A stretch of DNA of 64,000 bases. It comes from Octopus vulgaris. Lineage: Eukaryota. The notes under the pieces are model-generated. The model had not been told where the DNA came from and ran no database searches. It worked only from the letters and a program-made list of their open reading frames with translations. This document shows positions 56,101-64,000 of the stretch, in pieces. The stretch lies in contig OX597829.1 of the NCBI GenBank assembly GCA_951406725.2, forward strand, positions 12,338,001 to 12,402,000, read 5' to 3'. The position numbers and the translations under genes are program-made. Within the stretch, counting starts at the first letter, position 1, and each line of letters starts with the position of its first letter.

Positions 56101-57064
56101 GACAACCGATGCAGAGTTTGTGGAGTTCACAATGAAGATATCACCCACATCATAAGCAGTTGTCGGAAAATGTCATCACAGTATTATATCCCGATGAGAC
56201 ATGACGTTGTAGCTAGGACACTCTATAATGAAATCCGTCGGAAGGATAATTCCGAAGACAAACAAAAACCCCACAACATGTTAGAAGCTATATACATTCA
56301 TAATGAAATGGAATACTGGTGGAATGTACCAGTGAAGACCTCAATAAAAAGGAAGCACAACAGACCTGATATAATGATTTGGGACAGAGAAGAGCAACTG
56401 TGTACAGTTGTGGAAATTAGCTGCCCAGTGGATGTTAACATAAAGCTGAAGGTCAGTGAAAAAGAAAACACCTACGCTGAACTATTGAGAAATCTGCTGT
56501 TACTCTATCCAGATTACAAGTTCAGGTTTATACCTCTAATTATTGGGGCCCTGAGATATGTAACACATTGCCTGAATACCAACCTTGAGAAATTAGGCTT
56601 CTCAAAACCAGAAATGAGAAAGATGATTCGAAGGCTGCAATCCAATCCATAACTGGAAGTGTAATAATTTGTAATACTTACCAGAAGTTTGTCATTTAAA
56701 TATATATGAGCATATCTAGATATGTAACTATATGCATGAGAATACATACATAAAACATACAAATCTTCACATACATACATACATACATACATACATACAT
56801 ACATACATACATACATACATACATACATACATACATACATACATACATTCATACATACATACATACATACATACATACATACATACATACATACATACAT
56901 GCATACATGCATACATACATACATACATACATACATACATACATACATACATACAAAGTAAAATACCCTGTTGCTGATGTTGAAATTTCAATGACGGAAT
57001 GTTGGATCTAGGTTAGAAGCCGGTTCTTTCTCTATTGGCAAGAACTCCTGAAATAAACTGAATA
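53131..57064 (+). mobile_element. Near-full-length, heavily degenerate R4-like RLE retrotransposon (family G) with (TACA)n in its 3' region
   Basis: VGYMNRLKSYWDDLHPE, NYQPVVCQNLMYKI, WLDYKKVFDSVPHSW, GIFQG, CRVCGVHNEDITHIISSC, RHD, RPDIMIW, VVEISCP; 5' boundary unknown. Confidence 0.9.
56769..56954. repeat. (CATA)n tract inside the family G 3' region
   Basis: Direct sequence. Confidence 0.95.
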
Positions 57065-57626
57065 CTGACACACATACATACATGCACATATAATGTGTGC
57101 GCATGCGCTATGTGTGTACGTGTGTGCGTGTGTGCGTATGTGTAGGGGGAAGCAGAGACTGACAACTGCATGTTATAAAATGGTGTCAGAATTTTTTTCA
57201 TCGCATGAAACTATGAGTAACTCATACATATATACTGTGCTTATTAAATAACATTTACTTTTCACCAGATGACAATATTTTGTTTTGTTTGTTTGTTTTA
57301 GATATGAAGGCAGCTGTAAAAATATGTTGCTCCTTCAATGAACGTTGAACACCTGGCAAAATCATCATACAAATATGTATATGTGTGTGTATGTGTGTGT
57401 GTGTGAGGGTGTGCATTTGCTTGACAAGTATGTTTTATACAACAAAGGTTGCCCAACTTTGCACGCAGGTACAAGTGTAGGGGCAATAATTACTGACGGA
57501 AACTAAGATATATATGTGCGTATGTGTGTGTGTGTTTTCTTGACCAACTGCAAGTCTTCCATATCGAAGCTTGCCCAACCTTGTGCACACAGGAACAGGT
57601 GTAGAGCCGAGTGACGAAAACCTAAA

Positions 57627-57700
<74 letters not shown>

Positions 57701-59069
57701 GTGTAACTGAAAAGCGCTTGTACAAAGATAAGGTCTAAAGACAGAAACAGAAAGACGGAAAAACACGTTGAGAGAAAACAGAGATTAAAAATGTACACCC
57801 GATGTTAAATGTAATATAATATGAAAGCTACATAACAACAAAAACAACAACAGCAATAATAATAAATAAATAGCTGAATAAATGAATAAATTGTCATAAA
57901 AGGTTTAGACTAAACATAAATGGCCAATTGAAAGAGAGATAAGAATACGAGTGTGTAGAAATGAAATTATGTTAAAATAAGGTATTAGGTGCGTCTTGTA
58001 TGTTAGGCTTGTCGTTTGTATTGTACCGTTTGAGTCACCAGTCGTTTTGGGATAAAGAACAAAAAGAAATTTCCGGTTAACTTCTAAAAAAGAGAGAATA
58101 TTCTATGAAAGATATAAAGAAATAACAAAACTAAAGTAAAACGAAACAAAAATACCCTGATTGACGACTACAAAGAATTGTTTTTTGCCGTCTTTTAGAA
58201 TTGTTCTGTTTATTTTATCTGAATTAAGAGTGTTTACATTTGATGTTATTATTCATAAATGTCCTGTCGGATATGTCAGTGTGTTTACGAGTGTCTGTAT
58301 GTGTCTCTGTGTGTTTGCGTGTGTTTGTGTGTGTGGTTGCGTATTAATTGTGAATTATTGTTTAATAAATATGCCAGCATGTCAAATGTGTATAGACATT
58401 TCATGAAAATGCAATCATCACGGAAAGCCTTTCCGCTTTGTAAATCAACTAAGATTGCAGTAAACTAATGAATGAGTCTCCAGTTGGACCATTGACTTAC
58501 TAGAAACTGCAGTCAAATATCCCTCCAAATCATACACTTCTAACATAAACAATATGCTGCATGATATCACGTCGTTTTAACAAGACAGTGACCACTGCTG
58601 CAAAACTACTGATCATAGGTCTATTCTTTTGACCTGCGCTAAAAAATGCCCACAAGTCTTTGGTTGATCCGAGGCTATAGTATAAGACATTTGCCTAAAG
58701 TACCACACAGTGTAACTGAACCCGGAACCATGTGGTTGGGAATCAAGCTTCTTTCCATACAGACATGCCTGCGCTTTATTATGTCTTTTGATGGATCTTT
58801 CCATTTTAATTTCCTTACGGTGCCAGTCTTACACAGTAACCATTATGATAAATCTAAAGATTTAGAACTTCTAACGCATTGGCATTGACTGTAGGTTCTC
58901 TAATAACTCGGCGAGTTTCATTGGCCAACTTCCTAATCAGTGAGTGAAATTGTTATAACTGGACTCAAAAACAAATACAAACATGCATACATATACACAT
59001 GGAAGCACTCACACAAACGCACCAGCAAAGATATAAAAGTGATAGAAAGAATAATGTTTTAGTATTATA

Positions 59070-59490
59070 TGCGGTGAGATGGCAGACTCGTTAGCACGCA
59101 ACATTTCATCCGTCTTTACGTTTTGAATTCAAATTCTGTCGAGTTTGACTTTGCTTCTCAGCGTTACGGGGTCGATGACATAAGTACCAGTTGATTACTA
59201 GGGTCGATGTAACCGACTTCATCCCTTCTCCCAAATTCTTGGCTGTCTGTCAAAATTTGAAACCAATACTAATGACACCTAAAGCTGAGAGCTGTCAGAA
59301 TTGTTAGCACTCTAGACAAAATGCTTAGTGCCATTTCCGTCTTTACGTTCTAAGCTCAAATTCCGCTGGTGTCGGCTTTGTCTATATGCTTTTCGGGGGA
59401 TAAAATAAGTATCGGTCGAGCAATGTGGTTGATCTAATCGACATACCCCTTCCCCGAAATTGCAGGCTTCGTGCCAAAATTTGAAATGAA
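59070..59490 (+). mobile_element. Two tandem diverged Deu/Nin-type tRNA-SINEs
   Basis: Homologous to 18541-18765. Confidence 0.75.
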
Positions 59491-59524
59491 GTGAGAATTC
59501 GATGTATCAAATTGTTATATATTG

Positions 59525-60045
59525 TATTGTTTATTTATTACAGTCGTTATACTGCGGCCATACTGGTGCACCGCCTTGAAACTTTTCAGTCGAATGAATC
59601 TTCTTTTCTTTTGTTTTTTCTTTAAGCCTGGTACTTATTCTATCGGACCCTTTCGCCGAACCGCTATGTTGCGGGAACGTAAACACGCCAACAAGCTTCT
59701 CACGCAATGGTGGGATACAAACACATACAAAGATACACACACACATATATATACATACACACGTACATACATATACACGCATGCACACGCACACACACGC
59801 ACGCATACACACATACACACATACACACACACACACACATACATACACATATATACGACGTGGTTCTTTCAGTTTCCGTCAACGAAAACCCCCACAATGC
59901 TTTAGTCGACCCGAAGCTACAGAAGAAGATGCCCGAGGTGCCACGCAGTGAGACTGAACACGGAACCATGTGGTTGGGAAGCAAACCTTTCTCCATGCTT
60001 TTACTTGTTTCAGTCATTTGACTGCGGCCATGCTGGAGCACCAGT
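59525..60045 (-). mobile_element. tRNA-SINE with CR1-like tail, plus an adjacent tail fragment
   Basis: Homologous to 50896-51292 and 32078-32228. Confidence 0.8.
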
Positions 60046-60519
60046 TTGAAAGACATGTTGCATCGGCCTATGAATATCATATTTATTTATGTAATAGGAT
60101 AGAATAGTATAACGTGATTATGTATTACTATTGTTTACGAGAGCGCATATATGAGAGTATATACGTGTTTATATGTGAATATTCGTATGACTCTGTGTGT
60201 GTGTAGGGGGGGGGAGCATACGACATTGAGAGGGATAGAGAGACAAATAGAAAGACAGAGAGGAAGTCGTGTGTATAACAACAAAATATAATTTTAAACG
60301 TACTGAATTTCCGATACACGTATAATGTATACATGTGCACACGCGCACACACACATATGCACACATACAAAACACATGTTTTGTTGTTGCGAAGAGAGCC
60401 AAGATTTCTCCCCATACGCATAGAGGAATGTCGTGTTACATATGTATCGCTATATCACTAAATATTCTTTCCTGGTTACACCATTATTTTCAATCTTGGC
60501 TTAGATCGCTTAACTGAAT

Positions 60520-61345
60520 GGCATTCTTATCATTGTGGAAGTCTTGTATGTGGCCTTTAGTGATTTCTTGGATACCATTTAATAACTGTAGGGGGTTCAC
60601 CTGTTGTCTGTGAATCTTGTGACATATCCGGGTCTAGGAAACTTTTGCTTTCAACACTCTACGATCGCATCGCTCAATATTATATTCTCGAATTATCTGA
60701 CTTCGAACATACTTTTATAATGATATTCATAGCCTGAATCTCTCAATGGTTGTTTCCATTGCAACTAATTAATTGCAACTAGTTAATGATCTTACCTCTT
60801 CGTAGTAGCCCATTTCTCCCTTGTGTATAAGATTGCAAGTCGGATGATACTCTTGAAGAATCTGACATATAATCGTGTTCAGCTTAACTTTGAGTACACT
60901 CTTTATTGAGGTGAATACATTCCATCCTGCCTTTATTCTCTGAGACTTAAGCATCCATATTTCATTGCATATTCACTGTGAGCCCTAAGTAAACATACTT
61001 ACTTCCTCAATTTCATCAATTTCGACCTATATTCGGCCTTCTGCTACGTCTTCAAACAGAAAAAGGGGAGATGAAAAAGGTATGTAAAATCCTATACATC
61101 AACTTTTGTGATCATCAGTTAACCTTAATTCTTTACCATCAAAAATGTCGAAAGAAGTGCCATCAATTCTGGTCTGAAAATGGTGAAAGCAAACAAAGCT
61201 CCAGGAAAAGATAGCATAACAAGAGAGATATTAAGGTGCAGAGAAGAGCAGTCGGAAATCCTCATTTACGTTTCAATCGCTCTCTGAAAAGATTCGAATA
61301 CCATCAAGCTTCATAAGAAAGGTGACAAGAAACATCTAAGAGATA
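60520..61345. mobile_element. Degenerate RTE LINE with an internal inversion (minus 60520-61050; plus ~61120-61345)
   Basis: EEVSMFTYLG..RIKAGWNVFTSIKSVL on minus; KAPGKDSITREILRC and HKKGDKK on plus. Confidence 0.7.
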
Positions 61346-61928
61346 CTCGGGGGACGTAAACACCAAATCCACTCGCACGAGTTTGGTCGGACCGAGGCTA
61401 CGAGTAGAAAGCACCTGCCCAAGGTGTCACGTAGTAGGACTGAACTCGGAACGGTGTAGTTGGGAAGCAAGTTTCTTACTACACAGTCACGCCTGCGCCT
61501 ACACACACATACACACACACTCACATATATATGTACATATACATATATGCACATTTATATATCTAGCTATATTTCTGTATATGAGTATATGAGTATATGT
61601 TTGGGTATGTATATTTGCCTACCCTATATGCATACACACAGACAAGCATACGTACACATACCTACATATGTACACGCACACACACATACATACATATGTG
61701 AGCGTGTGTGTGTGTTTGTGTGTGAGTATATTTGTCTGTGTATTGGAATTTAAATGGAAAAGCTTTTGAATAAGAATTCTATTGAATGATATAGACACAC
61801 CTATCAGACTATACCAACTGAAATATGCTTCCCGCCATTTCATAACCTATTAGTTTAAAGTGTCTAAATATGAGATTAGATTAACATATTCGGCTTACTT
61901 AATTAGGACAAAAACGTAAAAACAGAGC

Positions 61929-61963
<35 letters not shown>

Positions 61964-62119
61964 GGAGGGAGATAAAAAGAGTGAGATAAATGGGGAGAGA
62001 GAAAGAATGAGTTAGTGATTGAGCGCGTGAGGTGAGAAAAGTGAGAGAAAATATTTCTGATACAAAGGGCAGTGAAAGGATGAGAAGAAGCAGGACTGCT
62101 TATGCGTCTAAAGCATGAC

Positions 62120-62750
62120 AGTATGATAAGAAACTTGCTTCCCAACCACATAGTTCCAGGTTCAGTCCCACTGCCTGGTACCTTCGCGAAGTGTCACCTA
62201 CTATAGCCTCGAGCCGACCAAAGCCTTGCGATTGCATTTTCGTAGACGGAAACTGAAAAGAAGCCGGGCGTGTATACACACATATAATACACACACACTC
62301 ACTCTCTCTCTCAGACACACATATATGTATATGGCGTAGTTGTGTGTCGAGAAGTTTGCTTCCCAACCTCATATTTGCGTGGCACCTGAAGCAAGTGTTT
62401 TCTGCTATAACCTCGGTCTGACCATAGTATTTCGTCTTGATTTGGTTGAGGGAAACTGAAAGAAGACCGTCGTATATATAAACATATATACATATGTGTG
62501 TGTGTGTTTATTATCTTCCAGTCTGTATCCCTTACCACCGCTAACCCACCGTGTTTATATCCCCGTAACAGGTGTTGGTGTGTTTACGTCCCGGTAAGCT
62601 AGTGGTTCGGTGAAAGACACCGAAAAAATTAATAACAGGCTTTTAAAAACTGAAAAAAAAATACGTGCTGGAATTCGACTAAATATTCTTCAAGTCGGTG
62701 CTCCAGCATGGCCGCAGTCCATTGATTGAAATAAGTGAAAAGATAAAATA
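62120..62750 (+). mobile_element. Two tRNA-SINE heads and a CR1-like tail
   Basis: TTGCTTCCCAACC..GGAAACTGAAA twice; GGTGCTCCAGCATGGCCGCAGTC at ~62697. Confidence 0.8.
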
Positions 62751-62861
62751 AGGAATGGATAATTGAAATGAAAACTATTTCAACAAAAACATCGTCAACA
62801 ACGTCAGGAATAGGAATAAAAGAAAGCTATAACGTTAATTTGAATAGCAATATCGACAACA

Positions 62862-63087
62862 TGAAGAAGAATAAGAAGAAGAAAAAGAAGAAAAAGAAGA
62901 AGAAAAGAAGAAGAAGATAAAGGAGAAGAAGAAGGGAGAAGAAGAAGAAGAAGAAGAAGAAGAAGAAGAAGAAGAAGAAGAAGAAGAAGAAGAAGAAGAA
63001 GAAGAAGACGAAAAGAAGAAGAAGAAGAAGAAGAAGAAGAAGAAGAAGAAGAAGAAGAAGAAGAAGAAGAAGAAGAAGAAGAAGAAA
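62862..63087. repeat. (GAA)n microsatellite
   Basis: Direct sequence. Confidence 0.95.
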
Positions 63088-63159
63088 AACAACCACAACA
63101 ATTTTTGAACAGTTAGAACACCAATACTAATGTCGTCAATTTTTCCTGTATAATATTCG

Positions 63160-63385
63160 CTTGGCAGAACCGTTAGCACGCCGGCCGAAATGCGTAGCCG
63201 TATTTCGTCTGCCGTTACGTTCCGAGTTCAAATTCCGCCGAGTTCGACTTTGCTTTTCATCTTTTCGGGGTCGATAAATTAAGTACCAGTTACACACTGG
63301 GGTCGATGTAACCGACTTAATCCGTTTGTCTGTCCTTGTTTGTCCCCTCTGTGTTTAACCCCTTGTGGGTAATAAAGAAACAAAT
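63160..63385 (+). mobile_element. Deu/Nin-type tRNA-SINE
   Basis: Near-identical organisation to 18541-18765. Confidence 0.85.
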
Positions 63386-64000
63386 ATTCGCTGTGAGCTA
63401 CCAGCATGAGATTCCGCCCAGAAGGAATCAGTCATCAATTGTTTTGCTACAATAACAAGAGACAAGTCTAAACGCTGAAGTCAGCAAAGAAACCTTTCCG
63501 CAGCGGATAATTCACAGAATGATACCAGCAGCTATCATATAAACCGTCAGTTTACCTTTCAAAGAGCCACCGGCCATTCCTACAGCCGGTGCAGCTCATT
63601 ACGACATCTATCACAGTTATGCAGCTCTTACAGCAATGGTATACATGATACCAGTTGTAAATATTGTTAACCCTAGACGATTTGTTGCCTACTTTTTAAG
63701 ATGAAAATATTTTCAATGTAAGAGAATAATTAATAAAATACTTTTATTGTGGTAAGAATTATGTGATAATGAGCTTCATGTTTAGAACCGAAGATACAGT
63801 TGGAAGCTAAGCGTATAAGGTACAATAAACAGCCAAACCTAAACATTTGTACCTCGATAATTGAACCAAAGGTACACAAAGGTGTTAACCACAGAGGTAT
63901 GAGACAACGATGACTCTTGATCTCGTTTTTGTGTCACAGTACAGGCAAATCTGATGAGAGTAGATATAGGACGGTGATTTTCAACAGGGATCCTTATGGC

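Noticed and set aside
63400-64000. Possible host exon or TE in the unique-looking tail of the window
   Set aside because: No ORF of 60 aa or more and no recognisable motif.

Overview
AT-rich, microsatellite-laden animal intergenic or intronic DNA made almost entirely of transposable elements. The repeat repertoire suggests an octopus/cephalopod genome (inference, not tested). I found no host protein-coding gene; nearly all ORF-track entries are microsatellite translations or TE fragments. Main components: (1) a ~24-kb co-oriented array (about 25870-49430) of R4/Dong-clade RLE non-LTR retrotransposons of about six families, each separated by (TAA)n, with one near-full-length copy (40446-45392) and a 2.6-kb (TAA)n tract; (2) an ORF-less ~553-bp element (6 copies) that shares the (TAA)n target and a 3' stem-loop/pseudoknot motif with the Dong elements; (3) a separate R4-like family associated with (TACA)n; (4) Penelope-like element remnants and about 15 minimal type-I hammerhead ribozyme motifs, several intact. 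These include a ~363-nt non-coding hammerhead unit present as two circular permutations (retrozyme-like) and a tRNA-headed hammerhead SINE; (5) CR1, RTE, mariner, MULE and Helitron remnants, a foldback element and several tRNA-SINE families. All calls were made by eye, and element boundaries are approximate to a few bases unless stated.
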